The notes under the pieces: generated by a model
What the model saw: only the letters and a program-made list of their open reading frames with translations
What the model was told of the DNA's origin: nothing
Database searches by the model: none
Shown: positions 37,730 to 48,023 of the stretch, in pieces
Layout of the letters: each line of letters begins with the position of its first letter
Position numbering within the stretch: the first letter of the stretch is position 1
NCBI GenBank assembly: GCA_963820525.1
Contig: CAWGAA010000001.1
Span: 1,536,001 to 1,600,000 of the forward strand
Reading direction: 5' to 3'
DNA length: 64,000 bases
Source of the DNA: an uncultured Spirochaetota bacterium
GTDB lineage: Bacteria; Spirochaetota; Spirochaetia; SZUA-6; Fen-1364
Made by a program: the position numbers and the translations under genes

Positions 37730-37894
37730 CTAATCGGAGAAGAACTCCCCGTAGAGCTTTTTAGCGCACTCGGAGCAGATTCCGTGGCTGACGAGGGCTA
37801 CGCTGGGATCCCGCACCGTGCCGACGAGCTTGATGATCTTGTTGCACTCGGCGCAAATGCAGACCAGTCCTTCCCTCTTGCCTACTTTCTCCAT
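37730..37894 (-). CDS. 54-aa CxxC/SHGICxxC zinc-binding small protein (absent from ORF track)
   Basis: MEKVGKREGLVCICAECNKIIKLVGTVRDPSVALVSHGICSECAKKLYGEFFSD*; RBS gggagggg. Confidence 0.8.
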   Translation of the reverse strand: MEKVGKREGLVCICAECNKIIKLVGTVRDPSVALVSHGICSECAKKLYGEFFSD

Positions 37895-38234
37895 CTTCCC
37901 CTCCCAATATCGCCATTATTGCCAAAAAAACGGCTATTGTCAAATAGATTATCTTTCATCGCTTTTTCACCACTGCGACCGCCAAACATACCCGCAGACG
38001 CCGCATTCGTACCACACGACGGAGAGTCCGCGGCTGAGCTCCCTCACCTTGTAACCAGTGCACCGTGGGCATTTCACCGCCCTGAAGCGCGGTGGCGCGC
38101 CCGAAGAATCATCGCAGCAACCAGACATGGCTCACCGCCTCTCTCCCCGATTATCGGCAGACCGGGGCCCGGCAAGTACTCGCGTGACCATGATTTCAGG
38201 CGGAAAGTACCTTTATGCCCAAGAGGAGAACGAA

Positions 38235-38765
38235 ATGGCTCTCGTGACATTCAAAGGCACTACAGCCCGCACCCGGGGACAGCTTCCCCGCCTTGGCTCC
38301 CGCGCTCCTGATTTCGTCCTCACGAAGGACGCCCTGAGCGACGTGAGCCTCGCGGATTTCAAGGGGAAACGAAAGATCCTGAACATCGTCGTAAGCCTCG
38401 ATACGGGGGTATGCGCCGCCTCGGCGCGGGCATTCAACACGGCGGCGTCAGAGCTCCCCGATACCGTGATTCTCACCATCAGCAACGACCTGCCCTTCGC
38501 CCAGAAGCGTTTCTGCGAAACGGAGAAAATCGAGAAGGTTGTTCCACTCTCTCAGCTTCGAAACAGGGATTTCGGAAAGAGCTACGGAGCCGAGATGATC
38601 GAGGGTCCCCTGACGGGTCTTCTCTCCCGCGCGATCGTCGTGCTCGACGAGAACGACAAGGTAGTCTATACCGAGCAGGTTCCCGAGATAACACAGGAAC
38701 CCGACTACGCGAAAGCGCTCGACGCGGTCCGATCGGCGGGGCAGACGGGCCGAAAATCGGCCTGA
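38235..38765 (+). CDS. tpx: Thiol peroxidase
   Basis: SLDTGVCA, SNDLPFAQKRFC, EQVPEITQEPDY. Confidence 0.95.
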   Translation: MALVTFKGTTARTRGQLPRLGSRAPDFVLTKDALSDVSLADFKGKRKILNIVVSLDTGVCAASARAFNTAASELPDTVILTISNDLPFAQKRFCETEKIEKVVPLSQLRNRDFGKSYGAEMIEGPLTGLLSRAIVVLDENDKVVYTEQVPEITQEPDYAKALDAVRSAGQTGRKSA

Positions 38766-38814
38766 GGGCGGCGTTACCGCTATCGGGGCCCTGGGCCCAC
38801 AGCGGGAGCGCCCA

Positions 38815-40125
38815 TCAGGGGGCCGAGTCCTTGAATATCTTGTTCGCCTGCGCCTCCAGGTCGGAAAGCGTTGCATCCGGGTCCGCGCCTTCGAGGATCC
38901 TGCTGTACGCTGCGCTGATTGCATCGCGCACCAGGTCGTATCCCGCGTAGGGCGGCTCGGACTTGAGGTCCACGCTCTTGAGGAGGTTCCAGGCCGTGGC
39001 GAACCGAGGGTCCGAGTCGAAAAGACCCTTGATCAGGGGCTCGGCCGACTTTCGAACGGGGAAATAGCGGGAAACCATCGTCCACGCGGCCTGCTGCTTG
39101 GGCTCCGAGAACCACTTGATGAAGAGCCAGGCGGCCAGCTGCTTCCGGGGGTCAGTCTTGGGGACGCTGACGCTCGCCCCGTACAGGTCGATGGCCGGGG
39201 GGCGCGACGTTGAAGTTTGCGGCACCGGGGCCACGTTCCACGGGAACGGCCCGCTCTTGCCCGCCTTGACCGCGGCGTCGTAGAAGGGCAGGCCCGAGGT
39301 CGACGATACGGTGAACAGGCACTTTCCGTTTCCGAACTCGTTCTGATCGTCGTACTGCTTGGCCACTTTGCGGGCGTAGCCCTGGCGGTAGAGATCCCGC
39401 ATGAAAACCATGGCATCCTTCACTTGCGGAGTGTTCAGCGTGTATCCCCTGCCGTCCGCGCGGGCAATGGAGCCGCCGCGCGAGATGACGAAGCCGAATA
39501 CATGCGACGCGTCGATGTTGTCCAGCGCGTAGCCGTATGTGTCTTTCGCCTTGTCCGTGGCCTTCCTGCAGTCGGAGGCGAACTCGTCCCACGTCCTTGG
39601 GGGAGCGCTCACTCCGAGGCTCTTCAGCCAGATCTGGTTGTAGTACAGAACCTCGATGGACCTGTTGGGCGGGAAGCCCAGCCTCTTTCCGCCGAACATG
39701 GCATTCACGTCCTGGTTGATGAACCCCTGGATGAAGTCGGAAAGCTCCGCCTTCATGCCCCACTTCGGGTCGTTCACGTACGGGTTCAAGTCCATCAGGC
39801 TGTCGTTCACTTCATAGGTGGCGGCCTGGTTCTGGTATGCCACGACGAGCCCCGGGGGATTGCCGGCGGCGAGCGCGGCGATCATCTTGTTGTAGATCTG
39901 GTTATAATTGCCTTCGTAGCTTCCGTTCACCGTGATCTTCCACGGGTTTGTCGAGTTGAACTCGTCGATCAGCTTCTTCATGGCCGTGTCGCGGTCCTGG
40001 GAATGCTGGTACCAGAAGCTCACCGTCTGTCTGCTGGGGTCCACGCCGGCCAGGGCCGAGCTCTGGCCGAAGAGGACCAGCGGGATCGCGAGCAAAAAGG
40101 CGAGACACAGAATGGATTTCTTCAT
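38815..40125 (-). CDS. ABC transporter substrate-binding protein (CUT1/UgpB-like)
   Basis: Signal peptide; LYYN, PRTWDE motifs; next to two permeases. Confidence 0.9.
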   Translation of the reverse strand: MKKSILCLAFLLAIPLVLFGQSSALAGVDPSRQTVSFWYQHSQDRDTAMKKLIDEFNSTNPWKITVNGSYEGNYNQIYNKMIAALAAGNPPGLVVAYQNQAATYEVNDSLMDLNPYVNDPKWGMKAELSDFIQGFINQDVNAMFGGKRLGFPPNRSIEVLYYNQIWLKSLGVSAPPRTWDEFASDCRKATDKAKDTYGYALDNIDASHVFGFVISRGGSIARADGRGYTLNTPQVKDAMVFMRDLYRQGYARKVAKQYDDQNEFGNGKCLFTVSSTSGLPFYDAAVKAGKSGPFPWNVAPVPQTSTSRPPAIDLYGASVSVPKTDPRKQLAAWLFIKWFSEPKQQAAWTMVSRYFPVRKSAEPLIKGLFDSDPRFATAWNLLKSVDLKSEPPYAGYDLVRDAISAAYSRILEGADPDATLSDLEAQANKIFKDSAP

Positions 40126-40204
40126 ACGGCCTCCTCAAAGAATCTCTCCCCGGAGCGGCGGGGCGAAGGGAGCCCCGGCCTCCGCGCCGGCAAGCGCTGG
40201 TGAC

Positions 40205-41083
40205 CTATCCTTTTATCCCACTGCGGGAGATAGCCTCCGTAAACTGCCTCTGCGCGACAAAATAGAGAAGGAGAACGGGCACGACGGCAATGACTGCGCC
40301 GGCCATGCTGAGCTGGGCCTGCGGACCCGCTTCGGAGAGAAAGGTTGTGAGCCCCACGGTGATCGGCCGCCACCTTGGAGAGCCCGTGACGACCAGGGGC
40401 CACTGCAGCGCGTTCCACGAGCCCAAGAAGGCGAGGAACGCAACCGTGGCGAGGGGCGCCCGGGATAGCGGCAGGACGATGGAGAAAAGGGAGCGGCCGT
40501 GACCGGCGCCGTCGATTCGCGCCGCCTCCAGGAGCTCGTTGGGAAGCTGGGCGAAGAACTGCCGCAGCAGGAAGATGGAGAAGGCGCTGGCCATGAAGGG
40601 AACGGTCAAGCCGGAAAGCGTATCGTACCATCCGAGGCGCACCACGATGAGGAAATTCGGCACCAGGTACACGCTCTCGGGGATGATGAGCGTGGCCAGG
40701 AACACCGCAAAAACCGCCTCCTTTGCGGCGAAGCGGATCTTGGCGAAGGCGTACGCCGCAGGCGTCGAGGTGACGAGCACTCCGAGAACCGTCAGGGCGG
40801 CGATCAGCACGCTGTTCTTGAAATAGAGGCTGAAGCTTGCCGCATTCCACGCCGTCGCGTAGTTGTTCCACTGGGGGGCGCGCGGCCAGAAGTCGGCCGC
40901 AAAGGGGATCGGGCTCACGCGCGTGATCGTCTCCGCGAGGGTCTTGAGCGAGGTGCTGACCATGGAGAGGAACGGGAGAAGCGCGGCCAGGGCGCCGACG
41001 AGCAGGACGGCGAAAATAGCCGCCTTGCCCCAGGGGAAGGGGGGCTTCACCCGGCGGCCCGGCGCAGCGGCGTCAGTCCCCAT
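40205..41083 (-). CDS. Carbohydrate ABC transporter permease
   Basis: EAARIDGA loop; FLLRQFF. Confidence 0.93.
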   Translation of the reverse strand: MGTDAAAPGRRVKPPFPWGKAAIFAVLLVGALAALLPFLSMVSTSLKTLAETITRVSPIPFAADFWPRAPQWNNYATAWNAASFSLYFKNSVLIAALTVLGVLVTSTPAAYAFAKIRFAAKEAVFAVFLATLIIPESVYLVPNFLIVVRLGWYDTLSGLTVPFMASAFSIFLLRQFFAQLPNELLEAARIDGAGHGRSLFSIVLPLSRAPLATVAFLAFLGSWNALQWPLVVTGSPRWRPITVGLTTFLSEAGPQAQLSMAGAVIAVVPVLLLYFVAQRQFTEAISRSGIKG

Positions 41084-42287
41084 ACGCCACTCCCCTCCGC
41101 AGAGCTCGGCTCTGCAGGATCGTGAGGCCGGCCACGATGACGAAGAGGAACAGGGACTGCGCCGAGGCGTAGCCCAGGTTTGCCTTCCTGAAAAACGTGA
41201 AGAAGATCTCGACGCTTATCGGGTCGGTGGTCCCCAGGGCCGCCGGGGTGCGCAGGACGAAGAGGTGGGTGAATGCCTTGAACGTGCCGATCACCCCGAG
41301 GAGCGTGAGGAAATAGGTTGTGGGAGAGAGCAGCGGGACCGTAATGGAGAAGAACCTCCGCACGGGGCCCGCCCCGTCGACCTCGGCCGCCTCGTAGAGC
41401 TGACGGGGGATGTTGGCCAGGCCGTTGATGTAGATCAGGGCGTAGTAGCCGGCGAAGACCCACCAGCTGTACGCCATGACGGCCGCCAGGGCCAGGCTCG
41501 GCCCCTGTCCCCACTGCATCCAGTATGCGGCAACGACGCCGCTCGATGCTCCCGCCTGGGGGAAAGCGCCCAGGATGAGGGAAAAGATCCCGCGGGGCTC
41601 CTGGAGCCACTGCAGGGGCGCTCCGCCGAAGATCCGCAAGATCTGGTTTGCCAAGGAATCGGGCCGCAGGGAGAAGAGCAGCTCGAACACCGCCGCCGTC
41701 GCCACGGTTGGCGCGATATAGGGCAGCAGATACGCCACCCGGAAGGCCTGTTTTCCCCAGACCTTTCGCATGAGAAACGAGGCGAGAAGGAGGCCCGCCG
41801 CAAGCTGGATGGGAACCGTGCCAAGGCAGTACCAGACAGTGACGCGAAGCGAGTCGTACACCTCCGTATCTCCCCGGGATGCGAGAGAGGGGAGAAAGAG
41901 GATGAGCCCCGCGAGGGAGGCCGCCATCAGCAGAAGCCCGCAGGCCAGGAACAGAGGCCCCCCACGGCGGTTGCGCCTGCGCAGGCACATTGCCGACAAG
42001 ACGAACCCCGCAATGGAGGCCGCCACGAGGAGCAAGCACTGGGCCGTATTGCCGAAGAGGGTCGCATAGTTGCCCCATCCGATGAAATCGCCTTTTCGAA
42101 GGCGCCAGCGGAAGAGGCTCACGTAGAGAGTGAAAAAAGCGGGGAAAATCCCGAAGACGCCGATGAGGACAGCCGCTGGAGCGATGAAGATATAGCCGGC
42201 CGCCGCGTCTCGCATGGCGCGGACCGACCGGCTTCGCCGCGTGAGACCGCCCGCCGCGAAACGCTCCTGTCGGGGAGGCTCCCTCAA
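41073..42287 (-). CDS. Carbohydrate ABC transporter permease
   Basis: LYEAAEVDGA, ITVPLLSP, GYASA; start may be 42215. Confidence 0.9.
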   Translation of the reverse strand: MREPPRQERFAAGGLTRRSRSVRAMRDAAAGYIFIAPAAVLIGVFGIFPAFFTLYVSLFRWRLRKGDFIGWGNYATLFGNTAQCLLLVAASIAGFVLSAMCLRRRNRRGGPLFLACGLLLMAASLAGLILFLPSLASRGDTEVYDSLRVTVWYCLGTVPIQLAAGLLLASFLMRKVWGKQAFRVAYLLPYIAPTVATAAVFELLFSLRPDSLANQILRIFGGAPLQWLQEPRGIFSLILGAFPQAGASSGVVAAYWMQWGQGPSLALAAVMAYSWWVFAGYYALIYINGLANIPRQLYEAAEVDGAGPVRRFFSITVPLLSPTTYFLTLLGVIGTFKAFTHLFVLRTPAALGTTDPISVEIFFTFFRKANLGYASAQSLFLFVIVAGLTILQSRALRRGVAYGD

Positions 42288-43189
42288 CCCTGCTTCCTCT
42301 TCTTTTTCACGCCCTTGCCGCTCTTCGCGGATTTCACCCGCGCGGGGCGGGAACCGTCCCGCTTCTCCTTCTCAAGCTGTTCGATCTGGTTCTGGAGGCG
42401 CAGGGTCTGCCTGCTGAAGGAGCTCAGGAGGCGTTTCACCTCGGCGCTGTCGGGCTCCGCCCGCTTGCCGTTTCGCTCTTCCAACAGGTAGTGGGAGTAC
42501 GTGCCGAAATCGTAGTCCTCCGTGTTGTACGCCTTGCCCGTGAAGAGATAGAGAAACCCGCTCTTCACCTGCTTTCGAACGAGGTTGGAGACCCCTTCGG
42601 CCTTGTAGCGTCGCACGGAGTGGTAGACGTAGACGTTCGTGTAGACGCGGAAGCGGCCGATGAAGGACGCCCGGTTGATGTAGTCGAAGTCCTCGGACAC
42701 CCTCTGTTTCTCGGAGAATCCGCCGATCCTCTGGTGAAGCCTCCTGGTGACGAGGATGCAGAGGCCCAGCCCCTGCGGCTGGATGGATTCCATCAGCTTG
42801 AAGAAGGTGTTGCTGAACTGGAAGATCGTGGAGTAGATCGGTTTCGTCCCGTCGATGGGCTTGATCCACGGGATGCAGATATCGACGAAGTCCTTACCGA
42901 AGCGGGCGAGGATCTTCGAGATGAATCCCTCGGGGAGCAGCGTGTCGGCGTCGAGAAACAGGATGATATCTCCGCGGGCCACCTCGGCTCCCCGGTTTCG
43001 TCCCGCGCCGGGAATCCCCCCCGTGACCACCCGCGCCCCGTGCTGCCGGGCGATCGCGGCCGTTCTATCGACGGAGTTGTTGTCCGCCACGATGATTTCG
43101 CAGTCCGTGTAGTCCTGCGCCTTGATGCTGGCGAGGAGGCGCGGCAGGAACGCCTCCTCATTGAATGCCGGGATGACGATGCTCAACAT
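42284..43189 (-). CDS. Glycosyltransferase family 2
   Basis: SIVIPAFNEE, DNNS.D, FLDAD, SED. Confidence 0.92.
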   Translation of the reverse strand: MLSIVIPAFNEEAFLPRLLASIKAQDYTDCEIIVADNNSVDRTAAIARQHGARVVTGGIPGAGRNRGAEVARGDIILFLDADTLLPEGFISKILARFGKDFVDICIPWIKPIDGTKPIYSTIFQFSNTFFKLMESIQPQGLGLCILVTRRLHQRIGGFSEKQRVSEDFDYINRASFIGRFRVYTNVYVYHSVRRYKAEGVSNLVRKQVKSGFLYLFTGKAYNTEDYDFGTYSHYLLEERNGKRAEPDSAEVKRLLSSFSRQTLRLQNQIEQLEKEKRDGSRPARVKSAKSGKGVKKKRKQG

Positions 43190-43241
43190 GATCTCTGGAC
43201 AAATCCTTTCATTTTCTGTAGATTCACGTCAAATATAGCTA

Positions 43242-43313
43242 GGCGCCGTACCCAAGGGGTAAGGGAGAGGTCTGCAAAACCTTTATGCATCGGTTCGAAT
43301 CCGATCGGCGCCT
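43242..43313 (+). tRNA. tRNA-Cys(GCA)
   Basis: ggcgccgtacccaag..gaggt-ctgcaaa-acctt..ggttcgaatcc..ggcgcct. Confidence 0.96.
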
Positions 43314-44314
43314 CTGTGGCGGACCTTCACGATCCGCCAGAGAAAAATGTTGAGAATTCCCAAAAGCACCATCGTCATCTGACCAATGCGCAGGATGATC
43401 GTATAGACAAGGCTCCGCGTTGAGCCGATGCCCAGGACATTGAAGATGAAAAGGTGCGTTCCCTCCATCCCCCCGAGGTTTCCCGGGAGCAGCCCGATGA
43501 GCCCCTGGATGACCACCGTGGAAAAGATGACAAAGGAACGGGCCAGGTCGAAGTAGCCGAGAACGGAGAGGATGTAGTAGGTCTGGAAAACCTCCACGAC
43601 GGCGACGGCGGTTCCGATGAGCATGGCGAAATAGAAGATCTTTTTCCTGTCGATGAGGGCGTGCAGATCGAGGGCGAACTCGCGCAGAGACCGGAGGATC
43701 CGGATGGCCAGCCGCGGATTGACGCGCGCCAGGGGACGGAGCAGCCCCTTGAAGAACCGCACGATGAACATGCCGCCGCTGAACAGCTTCGCGATGAGGA
43801 AGAGGAAAAGCCCGATGAAGCCGAGGAGGAGCGCGCCGGCCACCACGATCAATGTCGTGCTGGGGTGGGCCAGGAAGACGAGGTAGGAGAAGCCGATGAT
43901 GATGCACGGGAGCTTGGAGGCGATCTCGATGTACTTGTCCAGCGCGATGGAGGCGTAGACCTTCTGATAGCTCATCCGCTCGTCCTTGTAAAGGCTCGCC
44001 CGCACCGGCTCTCCCCCGAAGTACATGGAGGGAGTGAGGTAGGTGAGGGCAAAACCGCTCGTTCGCGCCCAGAAGATCCGCCAAGGTCCTCGCGAGATGC
44101 CGGCCTCGCGCAGGATCAGGTTCCACTGGAAGGTCTGAAGCACCAGGATGCCGAGCTGGAAGACGAGGATCCCCAGCACCACCCGGACGGTTATGAGGGT
44201 GATGTATTCACGAAGGCGGGCGAAGTCGAGCACCTTGATGAAAAGAAAGACCAGGAGGCCGAGAAGGATGAGCTCGATTGCGATTTTCAGCGGCCGTGAG
44301 ACCTTCACTTTCAT
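43283..44314 (-). CDS. Lysylphosphatidylglycerol synthase TM-domain (UPF0104) membrane protein
   Basis: YLTPSMYFGGEPVR, LPGNLGGMEG; many TM segments; next to GT2. Confidence 0.85.
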   Translation of the reverse strand: MKVKVSRPLKIAIELILLGLLVFLFIKVLDFARLREYITLITVRVVLGILVFQLGILVLQTFQWNLILREAGISRGPWRIFWARTSGFALTYLTPSMYFGGEPVRASLYKDERMSYQKVYASIALDKYIEIASKLPCIIIGFSYLVFLAHPSTTLIVVAGALLLGFIGLFLFLIAKLFSGGMFIVRFFKGLLRPLARVNPRLAIRILRSLREFALDLHALIDRKKIFYFAMLIGTAVAVVEVFQTYYILSVLGYFDLARSFVIFSTVVIQGLIGLLPGNLGGMEGTHLFIFNVLGIGSTRSLVYTIILRIGQMTMVLLGILNIFLWRIVKVRHRGADRIRTDA

Positions 44315-44320
44315 ACGGCT

Positions 44321-44896
44321 TCAGCCTTTATGGAGAGTATACCAAAGCAGGCCCACCATGACGAGGGAATTGACGTATTCGCCGGTGCCCAGCGAGCGGG
44401 AGAGCTCGCCGGCCGGCACCTCCAGAACGTCGAGGACCTCCAGGTGGTCGAGGCTCTTCCTGCCGGTGGCCGAGAGCTCCTCGGCGAGGAAGGTATAGCA
44501 CCAGTTGTCCATGAAAGCGGGATTGGGGCTCACCTTTCCCAGAAGGGTCATCCTCCCCGCCTTCATCCCCGTCTCCTCCTCGAGCTCACGTTCGGCGGCG
44601 GCCAGAGGGGTCTCTCCCGGGTTGACGAGGCCGGCGGGAAACTCGGTTGTCACCGCCTTGGCGCCATGCCGGTACTGGCGAACCATGAGGAAACGGTCCT
44701 CCCCGCCGTCGCCGCGCACGACGGCCAGCACATTGACCCAATCGGGGGCGCTCAAGAGGTAGAAATCCCCGCTCCTGCCGTCCGCGGCCGTGCCGTGGGA
44801 GAGGAGCAGATCGAAGATGGTGCATGAGAAGAGCTTGCGACGGTACCGCTCGACCCAGCGCAGGTGATCGGAATCCCGGTGCATACGGACAGGCAC
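44321..44896 (-). CDS. NUDIX hydrolase (ADP-ribose pyrophosphatase-like)
   Basis: QYRHG, EFPAGLV..AAERELEEETG. Confidence 0.92.
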   Translation of the reverse strand: MPVRMHRDSDHLRWVERYRRKLFSCTIFDLLLSHGTAADGRSGDFYLLSAPDWVNVLAVVRGDGGEDRFLMVRQYRHGAKAVTTEFPAGLVNPGETPLAAAERELEEETGMKAGRMTLLGKVSPNPAFMDNWCYTFLAEELSATGRKSLDHLEVLDVLEVPAGELSRSLGTGEYVNSLVMVGLLWYTLHKG

Positions 44897-44955
44897 TATA
44901 GCAGAGTCGGCATGCTCTGCCTACAGTGTTCGTTTTCGCTTCGGTGAGCTTCACA

Positions 44956-44984
44956 TTGACAACAGCAAAACCGATCCATATACT
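44956..44984 (+). promoter_or_regulatory. sigma70 promoter
   Basis: TTGACA-17 bp-TATACT upstream of 45049. Confidence 0.7.
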
Positions 44985-45048
44985 GGGGCTATGGTAAACC
45001 CCCCCGCCGGGGTTCCATGCCCCTATACCACGATGCCTGGTAAAAGGA

Positions 45049-46281
45049 ATGGCTAACCCGCTCCAATTGTCGATCGTCAACTTCAACAAGAACTCCTACA
45101 TCATCGTGGAGGGAAAACAGAAGGCGGACTATTTCTTTATCCTGCGAAGCGGAAAGGTCAGGATCAGCAAGGAAGTGGAGGTTGTCGAGGAGGAGGGGGG
45201 AAACATCCTGGCCCCCGGCGATTTCTTCGGCGTCATCTCCACCATGTCGTCGCACAGCCACATCGAGACGGCGCTCGCCCTCACCGACGTTTCGCTGATC
45301 TCCGTCCACCGCGAGCAGTACGGCCTCTTGATAGAGAAAAACGCACCGGTGGCCATGAAGATAATCCAGAGCTTCTCGCGCAAGATGCGCTTTCTCGACG
45401 AGGCGCTCACCCGCCTTACGTTCAAGAACACGGCGAGCGGAGATCCGTCCCACCTGTTCAAGGTGGCCGAGTACTACGCCCGCCAGAGCCAGTACAACCA
45501 GGCCTACTACGCCTATTCCAAGTTCCTCCAGTTCTGCCCCAACGATTCCAACGCGGACAAGGCGAGGGAGAGGATGGCCAAGATCCACCCCTACGCCAAG
45601 GCGGTGTACCTGGACAAGATCCCCGACGATTTCACACGCTCCTACCCCAAGAACACCATGGTCTTCAGCGAAAACGAGCCCGGCACGGAGCTGTACATCA
45701 TCCAGAGGGGAGTCGTCAAGATCACGAAGATCGTGGAGGACAACGAAGTGCTCCTGGCCATGCTCAAGCCCGGGGACATCTTCGGGGAGATGGCGCTTCT
45801 GGAAAACAAGCCGCGCTCGGCTTCAGCCATAGCCAATGAGGACTGCACCCTCATGGCGGTGAACAAGGCGAACTTCGAGCGGATGGTCCAGACCCAGCCC
45901 CAGCTCATCACCAAGCTCACCATCCTGCTGGCGGAGCGGATCTGGTTCATCTACAAGCAGCTGGCCAACACCCTGATCGCTGATCCGCTGGGCAGGCTCT
46001 ACGATGCCCTCCATCTCCAGCTGGAGAAGAGCCGGGTCCCGGTGGTATCCGGAGGAAAATACACCTTCCAGTTCGGTCCCAAGGAGCTTCTCAACATGGT
46101 CGGGCTGTCGAGCGAGAAGGGGAACCCCTTCATCAGAAAGATGTTCGAGAACAAGAAGATGAGCCTCACGGACAACAAGATCGCAACGCTGGACGTGGAA
46201 GAGATCCAGAAGCAGTCCGAATATTACAAAAAAATGGAGAAGATCGAGCGAGCCCGCCGCAAGGCGGCCGCCATGCACTAG
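45049..46281 (+). CDS. Tandem cNMP-binding domain protein with central TPR-like segment
   Basis: PGDFFG and PGDIFGEMALLENKPRSASA; TPR-like linker. Confidence 0.9.
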   Translation: MANPLQLSIVNFNKNSYIIVEGKQKADYFFILRSGKVRISKEVEVVEEEGGNILAPGDFFGVISTMSSHSHIETALALTDVSLISVHREQYGLLIEKNAPVAMKIIQSFSRKMRFLDEALTRLTFKNTASGDPSHLFKVAEYYARQSQYNQAYYAYSKFLQFCPNDSNADKARERMAKIHPYAKAVYLDKIPDDFTRSYPKNTMVFSENEPGTELYIIQRGVVKITKIVEDNEVLLAMLKPGDIFGEMALLENKPRSASAIANEDCTLMAVNKANFERMVQTQPQLITKLTILLAERIWFIYKQLANTLIADPLGRLYDALHLQLEKSRVPVVSGGKYTFQFGPKELLNMVGLSSEKGNPFIRKMFENKKMSLTDNKIATLDVEEIQKQSEYYKKMEKIERARRKAAAMH

Positions 46282-46302
46282 CGGGCTCGGCCCCGCAATC
46301 CG

Positions 46303-48018
46303 CTAATACGTGCCCGGTACTTCGGTGAGATCCTCGAACGCGGCCTTGTAATCGGCAATCCCTCCCGTCGCCTCTTCATCTATGGAGAGCAGGTAGGGGA
46401 GGCTCCTGTTGCGCTTCGGTTTGGAATCCGGGTTCATCTGGTTGACCGTCTCCAACCCCTTTGAAAAGGTAATGTGGGAATTATCGAGGCCCCCGAAATA
46501 GAAGGATTTCGGGTCGAGGTTTGAGTCGGCGGGCAGCGGGGAGAGAGTTTTTGACGCGGCGAGAAGGGGATCCACCGGGATCCATCCCAGGGTATCGATA
46601 TAAAACTCGCCCCAGAAGTGCCTGGCCGGGGTCTGGTCGGAGCGCACGAGGTATCCGGAGACCATGCGCGCCGGAATGCCGGCTGCCCGAAGGAGGGTGC
46701 ACGTGACCGCGGCAAACCCGAACGCATCGCCGCGCTTCGATTTGATGACGGCCACCGGGTCGGCGTCCGAGGAAGCGGAATAGGCGAGCTGGGAGACGAC
46801 GAAGTCGTAGATGCGTTTCGCCTTCAGGTAAGGATTCTTCTCGCCCTGGAGAATCGTCGACACGGTCTTTTTGATCTCGGAGCTGTCTGAGGGAATGTCG
46901 GAGTCCGGCTGGGTGAAGTGCGCATAGAGCTCCGACGCGGTATCGTAGGCAAGCGGCACCTTGCCGGGATTCACCTGGGTCTCCACGGCATAGCGGTCGA
47001 AGGAATAGCTCAAACCGATCGTGTACTTTCCGCCCTTCTGAATGTTGGACAGCGCGAAGAGGGCCGCTCCGTTGTGGTCCTCCAGGAGGGGCTCCGGCTC
47101 CTGGGAAACGAGCTGCACCTTCCGCTGCTCCGAGGTCAGAATGACCCGGGGCATCCACAGGTACAGGCAGTTGCCCCCCGAGGCGCCCACATCCTTCACC
47201 GACAGGCCGTAGCGCACCGTGTACTTGCGCGGATTGGAGAAGTTCTTCATGCCCGCCCCGCCCAGCACCTCGAAGTAGGCGGAGTTGCTCCTGCCTTTGT
47301 CGGAGGTGACCATGATGTTGCCCGAGGCGGCGCCGTCCGGCACCTTGACGACGATCTCGATATCGGACCACGACAGGTAATCGAAATTGTAGTCCCTGGC
47401 CGGCACGAGGTTGGCGGGATCGAAGGTTCCGCCGGCGTCCGGTTGGGCGCTGCCCCCCCAGGTGAAGTACACCTCGGAGCTTCCCTTCTCCAGCCCGAAG
47501 TTCTTCCCCTTGATGGTTATCGTCTCTCCGACGTGCGCCGCCATGGGCTGGATCACGTCGATGGCGGGCTCTCCCGGCCTGGAGGGACCGGTCGCGGGCA
47601 CGGGGATCTGCGCGCTGTTGGTAAAAAGGATCCCCTTGCTTCTGCCGTTCTTGGTGATGACGTAGACGAGCCCGGAGCCCGCCTCATCGGGAATGACCAC
47701 GCTGATCGTCGTATCGGTCCACTCGATGTACTCCCCCGAGGTGGGGGAGATTCCCGAGATGCGCACTCCCCCGCCCCGCTCCCGCCCGAAGTACCTGCCC
47801 GTGATGATCATCACGTCTCCGGGCTTCCCGATCCGCGGGGTGATCTCGTCGATCTGGGGCGGCCGGCCGGCCAGCCGGGAGCTCAGGAGGACCAGAAAGA
47901 TGAGGCCGGCCACAACGATGGTGGGAATGAAGCCCTTGCTGTGGAGAATCCTCTGGTAGCGTTTCTGCGGCTTCTCGCCTTCGGAGCCGGCGTCCCGCAG
48001 CGTATCTTCCTGCGCCAT
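46303..48018 (-). CDS. Membrane-anchored IPT/TIG + transglutaminase-like protein
   Basis: TM helix, two IPT repeats (ITGRYFG, IKGKNFG), RAAGIPAR..HFW.E..W..VDP. Confidence 0.85.
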   Translation of the reverse strand: MAQEDTLRDAGSEGEKPQKRYQRILHSKGFIPTIVVAGLIFLVLLSSRLAGRPPQIDEITPRIGKPGDVMIITGRYFGRERGGGVRISGISPTSGEYIEWTDTTISVVIPDEAGSGLVYVITKNGRSKGILFTNSAQIPVPATGPSRPGEPAIDVIQPMAAHVGETITIKGKNFGLEKGSSEVYFTWGGSAQPDAGGTFDPANLVPARDYNFDYLSWSDIEIVVKVPDGAASGNIMVTSDKGRSNSAYFEVLGGAGMKNFSNPRKYTVRYGLSVKDVGASGGNCLYLWMPRVILTSEQRKVQLVSQEPEPLLEDHNGAALFALSNIQKGGKYTIGLSYSFDRYAVETQVNPGKVPLAYDTASELYAHFTQPDSDIPSDSSEIKKTVSTILQGEKNPYLKAKRIYDFVVSQLAYSASSDADPVAVIKSKRGDAFGFAAVTCTLLRAAGIPARMVSGYLVRSDQTPARHFWGEFYIDTLGWIPVDPLLAASKTLSPLPADSNLDPKSFYFGGLDNSHITFSKGLETVNQMNPDSKPKRNRSLPYLLSIDEEATGGIADYKAAFEDLTEVPGTY

Positions 48019-48023
48019 CGCCT

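Noticed and set aside
44943..44955. CRP site upstream of the cNMP-domain gene
   Set aside because: GGTGA-gct-TCACA has a 3-bp spacer rather than the required 6.
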